Source: Vibrio chanodichtyis (GTDB lineage: Bacteria; Pseudomonadota; Gammaproteobacteria; Enterobacterales; Vibrionaceae). From it: a DNA stretch of 24,000 bases. Of the stretch, positions 9,965 to 20,109 are shown piece after piece. Position 1 is the first letter of the stretch. Every line of letters begins with the position of its first letter. The notes below the pieces were generated by a model, which did not search any database, was not told the DNA's origin, and saw only the letters and a list, made by a program, of their open reading frames with translations. Where the stretch lies: assembly GCF_028863985.1 (NCBI RefSeq), contig NZ_JARBFT010000012.1, forward strand, positions 53,279 to 77,278, given 5' to 3'. Position numbers and translations under genes: made by a program.

Positions 9965-11599
9965 CTACTGACGGTAAGCTCGCCAACTGAGCAGCCAACA
10001 TAACGCGCCAAACGCTGCGCTACCGATAGCCAATAATTCTAACTGATTGGAGATCCATATCGCTGAGCATACGGCGAATGTTGCTCCAACACCAAATAAA
10101 AACTTCGCCGTTCCCTGCTGACGTTTTGATTGTCGATAGCCTTGATAAAAGCTCTCTAAACGCTGATTCAGATTACGACCTTGCTTTAAGCTGTCATACA
10201 ATAATTCTGGCAGCTCAGGCATTTTTTCAAACCATAGTGGTGCCCGCTCTTTCAGCGTATGCCAAAAGGCTTGTGGCCCAACCTGATTGGCCATCCACTG
10301 TTCCAAAAATGGTTTAGCGGTTTGCCACAAGTCAAGTTGAGGATAGAGCTGACGCCCTAAACCTTCAACATACAACAGTGTTTTTTGCAGCAAAACCAAC
10401 TGCGGTTGCACTTCCATATTGAAACGCCGCGCAGTGTTAAATAGATTAAGCAGCACATGACCAAACGAAATTTCACACAACGGCTTGGCAAAAATCGGCT
10501 CGCATACCATGCGGATCGCGACTTCAAACTCATCAACATTGGTATCCAGCGGAACCCAACCTGAATCGACATGCAACTGGGCCACTCGGCGATAGTCGCG
10601 ATTGAAAAAAGCCAGAAAGTTTTCGGCCAGATAACGTTTATCTGCGCTATTGAGTGTACCCACGATGCCGCAATCCAAACCGATCCATTGCGGATTATCA
10701 GGATGTGCTGGATTGACGAACACATTGCCAGGATGCATATCAGCATGAAAAAAACTGTCGCGAAAAACTTGGGTGAAAAAAACCCTAACCCCGCGTTCAG
10801 CCAATAATTTCATATTGGTGCCATTGGCGTGCAATCTCGCCAAGTCAGAGACTTGGATGCCATATATTCGCTCAGAGACCATGACGGTTTGATTACAAAA
10901 CTCGGTAAAGACTTCTGGTACATACAGCTCTTCACTGCCAGCAAAGTTGCGACGCAACTGAATCGCGTTAGCGGCTTCACGGCGTAAATCCAACTCGGCA
11001 AGCAAAGTTTGCTCATATTCGCGTACCACTTCAACCGGTTTTAAGCGGCGCGCCTGCGGCAATGCTTTCGCCACAATACGTGCCACGCGATACATCAGTT
11101 TGAGATCCGCATCGATTTGCCGATGAATATCGGGGCGGATCACTTTCAGCACCACATCGCGGCCATTACTTTTCAGCTTGGCGGTATGTACTTGAGCGAT
11201 GGAAGCAGAGGCTAACGGTTTAAGATCAAACTCATCGAACCAGGTTTCCAGGGCTGCGCCCAGTTCTTGCTCCATCAGTTGTTTGGCTTGCAGGCCATCA
11301 AATGGGGCAACTTTGTCTTGCAGCATCGACAATGGATCGGCGATGTGTGGCGGGAACAGATCGCGCCGAGTTGACATCATTTGGCCAAACTTAATCCATA
11401 CCGGACCCAGTTCTTGCAGTGCTAAACGTAAGCGCTCCCCCAACGGCAGCTCGCTATGCTGATTACGTAACCAGAATAGACATTTACGAACCAGCAGTGG
11501 CGTGCGCGTCAAATGATGGTTGGGCAACAACTCATCGAGGCCATATTCCAGTTGTACTTTGATTATGCGGTATAACCGTTTCAACTCTGCTGGTTTCAT
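9965..11599 (-). CDS. ubiB: Ubiquinone biosynthesis atypical kinase-like protein UbiB
   Basis: 544 aa ABC1/ADCK family protein: [41 protein letters not shown], and C-terminal TM helices. The start overlaps the ubiJ stop by 4 nt. Same order as E. coli ubiE-ubiJ-ubiB-tatABC. Confidence 0.96.
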   Translation of the reverse strand: MKPAELKRLYRIIKVQLEYGLDELLPNHHLTRTPLLVRKCLFWLRNQHSELPLGERLRLALQELGPVWIKFGQMMSTRRDLFPPHIADPLSMLQDKVAPFDGLQAKQLMEQELGAALETWFDEFDLKPLASASIAQVHTAKLKSNGRDVVLKVIRPDIHRQIDADLKLMYRVARIVAKALPQARRLKPVEVVREYEQTLLAELDLRREAANAIQLRRNFAGSEELYVPEVFTEFCNQTVMVSERIYGIQVSDLARLHANGTNMKLLAERGVRVFFTQVFRDSFFHADMHPGNVFVNPAHPDNPQWIGLDCGIVGTLNSADKRYLAENFLAFFNRDYRRVAQLHVDSGWVPLDTNVDEFEVAIRMVCEPIFAKPLCEISFGHVLLNLFNTARRFNMEVQPQLVLLQKTLLYVEGLGRQLYPQLDLWQTAKPFLEQWMANQVGPQAFWHTLKERAPLWFEKMPELPELLYDSLKQGRNLNQRLESFYQGYRQSKRQQGTAKFLFGVGATFAVCSAIWISNQLELLAIGSAAFGALCWLLSWRAYRQ

Positions 11600-12219
11600 G
11601 CGGATCCCAATAACTGGCTGATGCGTGCTTCTAAGCGAGCGGTGTGACTGGTGAGCTCATCGACCTGATCACAAAAATAGGCAATTTCCAATGCGGGAGG
11701 GGCAATTCGCCACTCTTCGGTGAGTACTTGAGCCAAATGATGTTGAGATTGCGACGCTTGCCGTTTCAAAGTTTCAGCCATGCTTTTAACACTATGAACT
11801 AAGCTATGTGCCAGCACGTCACCGATCATGCGCGATAACCACTCTTCAATATCAGGCCGACAATCGCTGATCAGCGCTGCAAATTTTTGCGCCAATTGCA
11901 GATCACCTTCCAATTGCAATTGATCTTGCTTAATCAGTTGGGTGATATTTTCTTGCTCGCGCAGTTGCCGCAAAATCGAAAGATCGAACGCCAAATAGCA
12001 ATCTGCTTGACCTTCAAAACCGGTCATTACATCAATTTGCTGACTGAATACAAAAGTCACCGTTTGCTGCAATTCACGCAGATGCAGTGAAATCACCTTA
12101 CCTTTGAGACGTTGCCGTTGGCGGATTAAACCGGGATCGTCACTGATCAGCGTGTTGAGCGTCGTTTCAAGCAGCGCAGTGAGCAGCGGTGCGAGTGGCA
12201 TGGTCGCAAGCAATGACAT
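11596..12219 (-). CDS. ubiJ: Ubiquinone biosynthesis accessory factor UbiJ (SCP2-domain, YigP)
   Basis: 207 aa between ubiE and ubiB. Resembles E. coli UbiJ in layout: N-terminal LN..L, an L.GKV..L........F.FS....DV block, a GD.Q.AQ.F segment, and C-terminal EEWR.AP..LE.A.F. Confidence 0.85.
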   Translation of the reverse strand: MSLLATMPLAPLLTALLETTLNTLISDDPGLIRQRQRLKGKVISLHLRELQQTVTFVFSQQIDVMTGFEGQADCYLAFDLSILRQLREQENITQLIKQDQLQLEGDLQLAQKFAALISDCRPDIEEWLSRMIGDVLAHSLVHSVKSMAETLKRQASQSQHHLAQVLTEEWRIAPPALEIAYFCDQVDELTSHTARLEARISQLLGSA

Positions 12220-12227
12220 AGCAGCCC

Positions 12228-13010
12228 TTAAAATTTGTAACCACGATGCAGCGCCACAATGCCGCCGGTCAGGTTGTAATAGGTAGTTTGTTCAAAGCCA
12301 GCCTGTTCCATCATGCCTTGCAAAGTGTCTTGATCAGGATGCATGCGGATCGATTCGGCAAGGTAGCGATAACTGTCGGCATCGTTAGCGATCAATTGTC
12401 CCATCTTAGGCAGAATATGAAATGAGTAGGTATCGTAAAGTTTAGACAGCGGCTCTAAGATCGGCTTGGAAAATTCAAGCACCAACAAACGACCACCCGG
12501 TTTCAATACACGAAACATCGAGCGGAGCGCTTTATCTTTATCGGTCACGTTACGCAGACAGAAACTGATAGTGATACAGTCAAAATAGTTGTCCGGAAAC
12601 GGTAACTCTTCCGCATTAGCCTGCACATAATGCACATTACCGACAATGCCACTGTCGCGCAGTTTATCGCGTCCCACATTCAGCATTGAGTTATTAATAT
12701 CCGCAAGGATGACATGACCTTTATCACCGACGATACGTGAAAACTTAGCGGTTAAGTCACCCGTGCCACCACCTAGATCGAGAATGCGTTGTCCAGCACG
12801 CGCTCCAGAGCAATCAATGGTAAAGCGCTTCCATAAACGGTGAATACCACCCGACATCAAATCATTCATGATGTCGTACTTGGCCGCTACCGAATGAAAT
12901 ACTTGCGCGACTTTGTGGACTTTTTCGTCTTTAGGTACGGTAGTAAAACCAAAATGAGTGGTTTCTTGATAGTCTGGCTCAGTGTTTACGAGCACGTTGG
13001 TGTCGGTCAT
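12228..13010 (-). CDS. ubiE: Demethylmenaquinone/ubiquinone C-methyltransferase UbiE
   Basis: 260 aa, very close to E. coli UbiE: [40 protein letters not shown], the SAM motif [15 protein letters not shown], and [15 protein letters not shown] ... ALHRGYKF. Confidence 0.98.
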   Translation of the reverse strand: MTDTNVLVNTEPDYQETTHFGFTTVPKDEKVHKVAQVFHSVAAKYDIMNDLMSGGIHRLWKRFTIDCSGARAGQRILDLGGGTGDLTAKFSRIVGDKGHVILADINNSMLNVGRDKLRDSGIVGNVHYVQANAEELPFPDNYFDCITISFCLRNVTDKDKALRSMFRVLKPGGRLLVLEFSKPILEPLSKLYDTYSFHILPKMGQLIANDADSYRYLAESIRMHPDQDTLQGMMEQAGFEQTTYYNLTGGIVALHRGYKF

Positions 13011-13054
13011 TGTTTTTCCTCTCTGGCCGTCATGGCAACGGCAACTGCGGGCAG

Positions 13055-14596
13055 TTAGTTTACTTTATCCTCAATCGGATGTCTTTCTACTAAAGGGGCA
13101 TTTTCCATTTCCGCCGTGTGTTGCGCACGATCAATCAAAGGCTGGGCAATCGAGCGTTTGATCTCCACCCCAAGCTGCTTAAAACTTTCCGCTTGACGGA
13201 TCGCGTTGCCACGCCCGGTGACCAACTTACTCATGGCTCCTTGATAGCTCTGATTGGCTTTATCTAGCGAGCCGCCCAGTGCTTGCATATCGTCAACAAA
13301 TAAGCGCAATTTATCGTACAACTTGCTGGCTCGCTCTGCGATCACCTGAGCATTTTGATTTTGCCGCTCATTGCGCCATAGATTATCAATGGTGCGCAGT
13401 GCCACCAACAGAGTGGTTGGACTGACCAAAATAATGTTCTGCTCCAGCGCGTCTTTAACTAAGCTGGGATCGGCCTGAATCGCAACTTGGAACGCTGGCT
13501 CAACCGGAATAAACATCAGCACATAATCAAGGCTCTGAATGCCTTGCAACTGATGATAATCTTTTTGGCTTAAGCCACGAATATGGTTTCTCAGCGCAAG
13601 TAAGTGCTCACCTAAGGCGCTATCACGCTCACTATCGGTTTGCGCATGGAAGTAGCGCTCATAAGCCACCAAGGCCATTTTTGAATCAACCACCACTTGC
13701 TTATTTTGCGGCAGGTAAACAATCACATCCGGCTGATAGCGTTTACCGGCTTCGTTTTGTAAGCTGACTTGGGTTTGGTATTCATGGCCTTCACGTAGCC
13801 CAGATTCAGCCAGCACTCGCGCCAGCACCACCTCACCCCAGTTTCCTTGCTGCTTGTTATCGCCTTTTAATGCTTGGGTTAGGTTAAGCGCCTCTTGCGC
13901 CATCTGTTCATTGAGGCGCTGCAAGTTACGCAATTCATGCACTAAAGTATGGCGCTCTTTCGCTTCGTGATTAAAACTGTCATTGACCTGTTTTTTAAAG
14001 CCTTCTAACTGCTCTTTCAGTGGGGTCAACAAACCTTGCAGACTCTGGCGGTTTTGCTGATCAACGCTGATGGTTTTGTGCTCGAAGACTTGATTGGCTA
14101 ACTGCTCAAACTGCTGCTTGAGGCGCTCTTCCGCGCGCTCCAGCAATTGCAATTTTTCTTGGCTTGCCAGCAACTGTTGTTGATGACGCGCTTCTTGTTC
14201 GCGTAATTGACTATCTAGTTCGGCATTAGCCGCACGCAACTGATTGAGTTGATCCGCATACTGCTGGCGCTCTAGCTTCACATCCTCGAAGTAACGCAGT
14301 TTTTCCAGCACCGCCATTAACTTGCCATGCAGCTGCTTTAGCTCAAACTCATTTTTATCACGTAGATTATCTAATTCATCTAACTCGTGCTGCGCATTAG
14401 CCAGTTGCTGGTTAAGCTGCTGCATCTGCTGGGCATGCCAACCGTTTTGTTGTTCAAGTTGCTGAGTCAGCAGTTGTGTTTTCAATTGATAACGCTGCTT
14501 CATCCACCAACCTGCGGCCATCCCAGCCGTGCTAGCACTCACTAACCCAGACCACAATGCGGTTTGATTTTCAAAAATCCATTGCATGTTGAACAC
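13055..14596 (-). CDS. rmuC: DNA recombination protein RmuC
   Basis: 513 aa (GTG at 14596; alternative ATG at 14587). Has an N-terminal TM segment and a long Gln-rich coiled coil. The conserved C-terminal half matches E. coli RmuC: [113 protein letters not shown]. Confidence 0.95.
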   Translation of the reverse strand: MFNMQWIFENQTALWSGLVSASTAGMAAGWWMKQRYQLKTQLLTQQLEQQNGWHAQQMQQLNQQLANAQHELDELDNLRDKNEFELKQLHGKLMAVLEKLRYFEDVKLERQQYADQLNQLRAANAELDSQLREQEARHQQQLLASQEKLQLLERAEERLKQQFEQLANQVFEHKTISVDQQNRQSLQGLLTPLKEQLEGFKKQVNDSFNHEAKERHTLVHELRNLQRLNEQMAQEALNLTQALKGDNKQQGNWGEVVLARVLAESGLREGHEYQTQVSLQNEAGKRYQPDVIVYLPQNKQVVVDSKMALVAYERYFHAQTDSERDSALGEHLLALRNHIRGLSQKDYHQLQGIQSLDYVLMFIPVEPAFQVAIQADPSLVKDALEQNIILVSPTTLLVALRTIDNLWRNERQNQNAQVIAERASKLYDKLRLFVDDMQALGGSLDKANQSYQGAMSKLVTGRGNAIRQAESFKQLGVEIKRSIAQPLIDRAQHTAEMENAPLVERHPIEDKVN

Positions 14597-14634
14597 TTAC
14601 GGTGATTTATCTCGCTAACAAGGGTATTTCGACA

Positions 14635-14650
14635 CTGGATAAATGTCCAG
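14635..14650. promoter_or_regulatory. LexA-box-like palindrome CTGGATAAATGTCCAG upstream of rmuC
   Basis: Perfect dyad ACTGGA-N-TCCAGT with an AT-rich centre, 39-48 nt upstream of the rmuC start. It deviates from CTGT-N8-ACAG at one position in each half-site. Confidence 0.4.
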
Positions 14651-14732
14651 TTGGTTACGAATTTATTAACACCAAAGCAGCACAATCTACCCTAGCCTCA
14701 GCTTATCCAGCGAGCTTTAACTCGCATTTTAC

Positions 14733-15920
14733 TTAAACCCACTGGCCCGCTACGTAGCCACTCGACCACGCCCATTGAAAGTTATAGCCGCCAAGCCAAC
14801 CAGCGACATCCATCACTTCACCAACAAAGAACAGTCCTTTGACGGTTTTACACTCCATGGTTTTTGAAGAGAGACAATCGGTATCAACGCCACCTAACGT
14901 CACTTCGGCAGTGCGGTAACCTTCGGTGCCGTTTGGCACGATAGACCAGCTCTGCAAACGGCTTTGCACCACTTCCAACTCTTGCGGGGTATATTGTTTG
15001 AGTGGTTTATCGGCAAACATTTTTCGCTCAATCAACACTTCGACTAAGCGCTTAGGCAGCAGTTTGGAGAGGGTGTTTTTCAGGCTTTGATTTGGATGGT
15101 TTTGTTTCTCATCACGCAATAGCTGTGCTAAGTCAACTGAAGGTAACAAGTTAGTGGTAATAGTTTGACCCGGCTGCCAATAGGAAGAGATTTGTAGCAC
15201 GGCAGGCCCGGATAAGCCGCGATGAGTAAACAGCAAAGCTTGTTTGAAGCTTTGGCCGCCTTGCGTGCTCATTTCGACGGGGATCGCAATTCCTGATAAT
15301 GGCGCGAAATCTTGTTTATCTTGCACATGCAATGTAAACGGCACTAAACCGGCGCAGGTGCTGATCACTGGCAAGCCAAACTGCTCAGCAATTTTGTAGC
15401 CCAATGGAGTCGCGCCCAGCTTGGGCATCGACAAACCACCGGTTGCTACGACCAGCGAGCTGCATTGAATGGCTCCGAGTGTGGTTTGCAGCGCAAACCC
15501 CGATTCGATTTGGCTTATCGCACTAATCTCAACTTGATAATGCTGCTCAAGATTCGGTTGATTACATTCGCTCAGCAGCATATCAACGATCTGTTTCGCT
15601 GAATCTAAGCAAAATAACTGGCCATGTTCACGCTCTTCATAATCAATAGCATATTTACTGACTAGCGAAATGAAATCCCAGTTACTGTATTGGGAGAGTG
15701 CCGATTTCACAAAGTGTGGGTTTTGGCATACATAATTCGCTGCCGACACCTCATAGTTGGTAAAATTACAGCGACCACCGCCAGAAATGAGAATTTTTCG
15801 TCCCGGTTTTTTGGCATGATCGAGCAGTAACACTTGGCGGCCTCGCTGCGCTGCTTGCGCGGCACACATTAAACCTGCAGCACCAGCACCAATTATCACT
15901 ACGTCAACTTTCTTGCTCAT
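14733..15920 (-). CDS. yhiN: HI0933/YhiN-family FAD-dependent oxidoreductase (aminoacetone-oxidase-like)
   Basis: ORF track starts at 15965. Trimmed to the ATG at 15920 (395 aa) so the protein begins MSKKVDVVIIGAGAAGLMCA, the dinucleotide-binding GxGxxG fold. GGGRCN.TN and the C-terminal GLFFVGEV.DV.G.LGGYNFQWAW.SG match the YhiN family. Confidence 0.9.
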   Translation of the reverse strand: MSKKVDVVIIGAGAAGLMCAAQAAQRGRQVLLLDHAKKPGRKILISGGGRCNFTNYEVSAANYVCQNPHFVKSALSQYSNWDFISLVSKYAIDYEEREHGQLFCLDSAKQIVDMLLSECNQPNLEQHYQVEISAISQIESGFALQTTLGAIQCSSLVVATGGLSMPKLGATPLGYKIAEQFGLPVISTCAGLVPFTLHVQDKQDFAPLSGIAIPVEMSTQGGQSFKQALLFTHRGLSGPAVLQISSYWQPGQTITTNLLPSVDLAQLLRDEKQNHPNQSLKNTLSKLLPKRLVEVLIERKMFADKPLKQYTPQELEVVQSRLQSWSIVPNGTEGYRTAEVTLGGVDTDCLSSKTMECKTVKGLFFVGEVMDVAGWLGGYNFQWAWSSGYVAGQWV

Positions 15921-15938
15921 TACCGCTCTCTCATCCCA

Positions 15939-15969
15939 TAAAAAAAGGATGTGCTGAGTGCACATCCTT
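15939..15969 (-). terminator. Rho-independent terminator downstream of uspB
   Basis: The minus strand reads AAGGATGTGC-actca-GCACATCCTT followed by TTTTTTAT. The 10-bp stem ends about 20 nt before the yhiN start codon. Confidence 0.7.
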
Positions 15970-16045
15970 ACTCATTTTGGCGGTTATTGTAGCGGCAAAC
16001 CACTACGATGCCAACGCGATACCAAGTGCGGTTTAACGCGGCAGG

Positions 16046-16369
16046 CTAAAGCATAAAGGCAACAACCGTTGTGAGCACCAGCAAAGAACCGGATAATACA
16101 AACAGTTCACGCACTCGATCACATTTACCAATAAACAGCGGATCATGATGATGATGATACTCGCGACTTTTCAGGTAATGATACAAACGCACCTGCTTAG
16201 TCATATTGCCATGAGTAGTAAAAAAACCGCGTCCATCGACTTGTTGATACAGTAGCGGATGCGCTTCACGCATGATGTAAAGCAACGAACGCAGCGCGGT
16301 AACATAACGCACCACATTAATTGCCGTAACACTCATAAGCGCCAATAGAATGGTATCTGCACCGATCAT
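16046..16369 (-). CDS. uspB: Universal stress protein B
   Basis: ORF track starts at 16399. Trimmed to the ATG at 16369 (107 aa), which has AGGAGG 5 nt upstream. Collinear with E. coli UspB: N..RY...LR.LL...R...PLLYQ.VDG.GFFT.HG...KQVRL, a HHHD run, and a C-terminal TM helix. Confidence 0.9.
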   Translation of the reverse strand: MIGADTILLALMSVTAINVVRYVTALRSLLYIMREAHPLLYQQVDGRGFFTTHGNMTKQVRLYHYLKSREYHHHHDPLFIGKCDRVRELFVLSGSLLVLTTVVAFML

Positions 16370-16444
16370 CTTTTCCTCCTTACACCTGGTGTTCAGCATG
16401 CCCGGAGTAAAAGATCACCACTTTAAGCTACCTCGTGGCTTATT

Positions 16445-16972
16445 TCACTCAGCAGGGACATCCATCACCGAAGATGGGCCTTTTTTCGCCAATGCTAAAA
16501 GATCTTTATCGATAAAGAACAGTGCCTTACCATCTTCACCGACCAGCTCTAGCTTATCTAAAATCCCTTTAAACAATTTCTCTTCCTCGTGCTGTTCAGC
16601 CACGTACCACTGCAGGAAGTTAAAGGTTGAGTAATCTTGGTTGCTAAACGCCACATGGGCCAGTTTGTTAATCTGTTGGGTGATCTTCTGTTCGTGTTGA
16701 TAAGTCTCGCGAAACACCTCACCCAGTGAAGCGAAATCGTGGCGCGGTGCGGCGATGGCACCAAGAATGGGGAGCGCCCCAGTTTCGCTCACATAGGTAA
16801 ACAAACGTTGCATGTGCTGCATTTCTTCCACGGCATGTGCACGCAAAAATGCAGCCGCACCGTCAAAGCCTTTGTCTTCACACCAAGCACTCATCTGTAA
16901 GTATAGATTGGATGAAAAAAATTCTAGGTTAATTTGCTGATTGAGATGCTCAACCATCGCTTGCGACAACAT
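16445..16972 (-). CDS. ftnA: Non-haem ferritin FtnA
   Basis: 175 aa, collinear with E. coli FtnA: [73 protein letters not shown]. The ferroxidase-centre Glu/His residues are present. Confidence 0.95.
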   Translation of the reverse strand: MLSQAMVEHLNQQINLEFFSSNLYLQMSAWCEDKGFDGAAAFLRAHAVEEMQHMQRLFTYVSETGALPILGAIAAPRHDFASLGEVFRETYQHEQKITQQINKLAHVAFSNQDYSTFNFLQWYVAEQHEEEKLFKGILDKLELVGEDGKALFFIDKDLLALAKKGPSSVMDVPAE

Positions 16973-17136
16973 AAAAAGCTCCTAATTTACGCCGACTGTT
17001 TACACAAACTATAGCATGGCCACTGGCTATTGTAGTCGTTGCTCAAGCCAGCACGATCAAACTGAGATCGCTGCGACAAAAAATTACAGCCGCCAGTGCT
17101 ACGCTGTATTAAGTCACCCGAACAGGAGCCTGAACA

Positions 17137-17562
17137 ATGAGTTATCAACATCTTTTGGTCGCAGTCGATCTCTCTGAAGATAGCAAACTACTGGTTGAGA
17201 AAGCGGTGGCACTGGCCAAACCGCTTAATGCCGCCATTTCATTTATCCATATCGATGTAAACTATGCCGAGCTGTATACCGGTCTAATCGATATTAATTT
17301 GGCGGAAACCCAACACCATTCAATGGAGTCATCACTCACGCAATTACAAAGTCTGGCGCAGCATGCCGATTACCCGATCAAGCATACGTTAGTCGGCAGT
17401 GGTGATTTAAGTAATGAACTGTGTGAAACCATCAATGAATTTAATGTTGACCTGCTGGTGTGCGGCCATCATCAAGATTTCTGGAGCAAACTGCTCTCTT
17501 CCACGCGTCAATTGATCAATAGCTCACCGGTGGATATGTTGGTTGTACCACTCAACGACTGA
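17137..17562 (+). CDS. uspA: Universal stress protein A
   Basis: 141 aa, collinear with E. coli UspA: Y.H.L.AVDLS..SK.LVEKAV..A.P.NA..S.IH.DVNY..LYTGLID.NL, G.GDL, DLLVCGHHQDFWSKL.SS.RQLIN...VDML.VPL. Confidence 0.95.
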   Translation: MSYQHLLVAVDLSEDSKLLVEKAVALAKPLNAAISFIHIDVNYAELYTGLIDINLAETQHHSMESSLTQLQSLAQHADYPIKHTLVGSGDLSNELCETINEFNVDLLVCGHHQDFWSKLLSSTRQLINSSPVDMLVVPLND

Positions 17563-17618
17563 CGAACAGAAAAGACTCAGGTAGACTGCCATTTTCCATT
17601 CCTTTTATCGATGGCGTT

Positions 17619-18506
17619 ATGGTTTATCTTTCTGCAGTCACCCTGTTATGGGCGTTTTCGTTTAGCCTGATCGGCGTTTATCTTGCTGGTCAGGTTGATG
17701 CTTGGTTTGCCGTTTGGATGCGTGTCGCGCTAGCTAGCCTAGTTTTTATTCCTTTCCTGCGTATTCAAGGCGTACCACGTGCCTTGATTGGCAAATTGAT
17801 GGCGCTGGGTGGCATTCAGTTGGGCTTGATGTATTGCTTCTATTATCAATCTTTCTTGCTACTCTCCGTTCCGGAAGTACTACTGTTCACCGTATTCACA
17901 CCGATTTATGTCACGCTGATTTATGATTTGCTCCATCGGCGTTTTTCACCCTGGTATCTACTAACCGCTTTGGTTGCGGTACTTGGCGCAGTGCTAATCA
18001 AATTCGCGGCAATTAGTCCGCACTTTTTCGCAGGTTTTCTGGTCGTGCAAGCCGCCAACCTTTGTTTTGCGATTGGCCAAGTCGGCTACAAATATGTGCT
18101 TGAACAGCAGCCGATCCGCCTGCCTCAACATAGCGTATTTGGCTATTTCTATCTGGGGGCTTTTGTCGTCGCCAGTGGTGCTCTGTTACTGTTTGGCAAT
18201 GTAAAACAACTGCCTACCACTCAACTGCAATGGGGCATTTTGCTGTATTTGGGGCTAATTGCATCTGGACTGGGCTATTTTGCCTGGAATAAAGGCGCAT
18301 GCATGGTCAATGCTGGAGCCTTAGCGATTATGAATAATGCTTTAGTGCCGGCAGGTTTGGTGGTCAATATTCTGATCTGGAATCGCGATGTAGATTTGCT
18401 GCGTCTTTCACTCGGTGGTGCAGTGATCTTAGCTTCGCTGTGGCTTAATGAAACTTGGGTAAAACGTCGTGTAGAGCGTGATTATCAACGCCAATACCCT
18501 CAATAA
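17619..18506 (+). CDS. DMT-superfamily (EamA-like) 10-TM transporter
   Basis: 295 aa and very hydrophobic, with two-fold EamA-like repeat architecture (about 10 predicted TM helices). Starts 56 nt downstream of uspA with no intervening terminator. Substrate cannot be inferred. Confidence 0.75.
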   Translation: MVYLSAVTLLWAFSFSLIGVYLAGQVDAWFAVWMRVALASLVFIPFLRIQGVPRALIGKLMALGGIQLGLMYCFYYQSFLLLSVPEVLLFTVFTPIYVTLIYDLLHRRFSPWYLLTALVAVLGAVLIKFAAISPHFFAGFLVVQAANLCFAIGQVGYKYVLEQQPIRLPQHSVFGYFYLGAFVVASGALLLFGNVKQLPTTQLQWGILLYLGLIASGLGYFAWNKGACMVNAGALAIMNNALVPAGLVVNILIWNRDVDLLRLSLGGAVILASLWLNETWVKRRVERDYQRQYPQ

Positions 18507-18558
18507 TTGGAGCAATGCACAGGACCCAAACTCATCTCAGTTGAGCCTGTTCTTCAAA

Positions 18559-18595
18559 CCATCACCACCACCACCGCCCAAGGAGGTGGTGATGG
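18559..18595. other. Hairpin between convergent DMT-transporter gene and Cys-rich ORF (possible weak bidirectional terminator)
   Basis: CCATCACCACC (18559-18569) pairs with GGTGGTGATGG (18585-18595), an 11-bp perfect stem with a 15-nt loop. There is no clear U-tract on either side. Confidence 0.4.
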
Positions 18596-18628
18596 GATGG
18601 CAATAAAACATAGTGGATCAATGACAGC

Positions 18629-19006
18629 TTAGTGCATACCAGCGGGCTGCGCACTTGGTTGAGTTCTCTGTGGATGGATTTTCTCAACTTTACTGGCTAA
18701 CTTGTGCTGCTTTTTGATCAGCTTACGCTGTCTTTTCAACAGTTTTTCTAGTTTTTTGTCAAACTTCTGCTGCTTAGTAGCACCTTTCTTAGGCTCTACC
18801 GCGCAAGCCGCAACCGACAATTTGGTGTTAGCCGCAGTCGCTAATGCTTGGCTGCTGAGTGATTGTGGTTTGCACAGATACTTTTTATCTGCAGCAACGC
18901 GAGCGCAGCTACGACATAAAAATTGTGGTGATACCACCAACCGTTCAATCTCGCCCAGCGAGGTCACAAGCTCACTGCGACTCAGTTTGCATAGACGTTT
19001 AGCCAC
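18629..19006 (-). CDS. Uncharacterised small protein: N-terminal 4-Cys module plus polybasic coiled-coil tail
   Basis: ORF track gives 18629..19078 (GTG start). I prefer the GTG at 19006 (about 125 aa) because GGAG lies 7 nt upstream. A plausible promoter, TTGTAT-16 nt-TAATAT, lies at 19048-19075 on the minus strand. Cys pattern is C-x24-C-x2-C-x10-C. The C-terminal segment KKGATKQQKFDKKLEKLLKRQRKLIKKQHKLASKVEK is extremely Lys/Arg-rich. I recognise no family. Confidence 0.6.
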   Translation of the reverse strand: MAKRLCKLSRSELVTSLGEIERLVVSPQFLCRSCARVAADKKYLCKPQSLSSQALATAANTKLSVAACAVEPKKGATKQQKFDKKLEKLLKRQRKLIKKQHKLASKVEKIHPQRTQPSAQPAGMH

Positions 19007-19129
19007 GTTAGCGCTCCAACTAAAATACGAACTATTCTCAGCTGCGGATATTACGTGGTTCACCCAAAAATACAACACCGATCCAGTAATATCGATCTCA
19101 CTAAATCATGCCAGACTAAGCCAAAATCG

Positions 19130-19915
19130 TTATTCACTGTCCATCGCAGCAAGGACATAAACATCAAAACGGTTTTTCTTGGTTTCAATCACCATAGTCG
19201 GCGGCTGCTGTTGCAGCCATGGTGCGTAGTCAGGTCGTTTGACTACTACCCGCTTACGAGCCAGTTGCAATGCGGGATCAAGTAAAGCATCCGCATCATT
19301 GTCTGCCCCCACCAACGATTGAAAAACTCGCATCTCTTTTTTAACCAACGCGCTTTTTTTCTTATTGTCTGGATGTGGGTACATGGGATCGAGATAAATG
19401 ACATCCGGTGCCACAAAATTTGGATCCTCCGCCAGTCGCTGCAATGCGGTATGACTTGATGCATGCAACAGACACATACGCTCACTGACCCAAGCACCGA
19501 TTTCGCTGTCTTGCTTGGCGCGTTGTAAGCCATCTTCCAACAATGCCGCGACCACAGGATGGCGCTCCACCATCTGCACTCGACAACCCAAGGAAGCCAA
19601 TACAAAAGCATCTCGCCCTAAACCCGCCGTCGCATCCAGTACAACTGGTGTTACTCCTTTATTGAGGCCAACTGCTTTAGCAATTGACTGCCCTTTACCA
19701 CCACCAAATTTGCGGCGATGGGCGACCGCACCTGCAACCCAATCGACATAGATCGCCCCAAGTTTGGGTTCATCTAATTTGCGCAATTCAAGACGCTGCT
19801 CACTCAACACCAGAGCAAATAGACTGTTATCGCTCGCTTGTAGTTGCCAACGACTAGCAATCTGCTCTAACTCTTGTGCGCGGTGTGGCGCTTCGCAAAT
19901 CAATTGAATTAACAA
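19130..19915 (-). CDS. rsmJ: 16S rRNA (guanine1516-N2)-methyltransferase RsmJ (YhiQ)
   Basis: ORF track starts at 20020. Trimmed to the TTG at 19915 (GGAG 5 nt upstream, about 261 aa) by comparison with E. coli RsmJ, which begins near the equivalent I.L...... position. Strong collinearity: [110 protein letters not shown]. The exact start is uncertain. Confidence 0.9.
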   Translation of the reverse strand: MLIQLICEAPHRAQELEQIASRWQLQASDNSLFALVLSEQRLELRKLDEPKLGAIYVDWVAGAVAHRRKFGGGKGQSIAKAVGLNKGVTPVVLDATAGLGRDAFVLASLGCRVQMVERHPVVAALLEDGLQRAKQDSEIGAWVSERMCLLHASSHTALQRLAEDPNFVAPDVIYLDPMYPHPDNKKKSALVKKEMRVFQSLVGADNDADALLDPALQLARKRVVVKRPDYAPWLQQQPPTMVIETKKNRFDVYVLAAMDSE

Positions 19916-20109
19916 AGGAACTCCGAAAACCGAGAAAAAACGGCACTCAGTGTAGCGGATTTTGTCAGTAAACCCTACGCTTTCTCTTGCAGTGATTTCA
20001 CCGTCACAAGCCCTCAGCACAAGTCAGCGCAAAACTTCCCTAACCGCACAATAATGGTAACATCAAGCCTCGCTATCGCCTGTCGGCATCACGGAGTATC
20101 AGGAACATA

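Noticed and set aside
16100-16180. His-codon run (HHHH) in uspB, considered as a possible slippery or leader-like element.
   Set aside because: E. coli UspB has a HH pair at the equivalent position (YRDHHDDEF). This is a normal feature of the protein, not a regulatory repeat.
18507-18632. Thr-codon run (ACC ATC ACC ACC ACC ACC, reading TITTTT) resembling a thr-operon leader peptide. Also a strong AAGGAGG followed by mini-ORFs (MGWQ*, MAIKHSGSMTA*) after the DMT transporter stop.
   Set aside because: The ACC run is simply one arm of the 11-bp hairpin between convergent genes, and AGGAGG lies in the hairpin loop, with its last two bases starting the other arm. No threonine or isoleucine biosynthesis genes follow, because the next gene is on the opposite strand. 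The only in-frame start is a TTG directly after the upstream stop. There is no attenuator logic.
34-20020. N-terminal extensions of ORF-track models for glpE (34), ubiC (1800), yhiN (15965), uspB (16399), the Cys-rich ORF (19078) and rsmJ (20020).
   Set aside because: The extensions have no counterpart in the E. coli homologues. They use non-ATG or RBS-less starts, and internal starts with Shine-Dalgarno sequences restore the canonical N-termini. I treat them as artefacts of taking the longest ORF.
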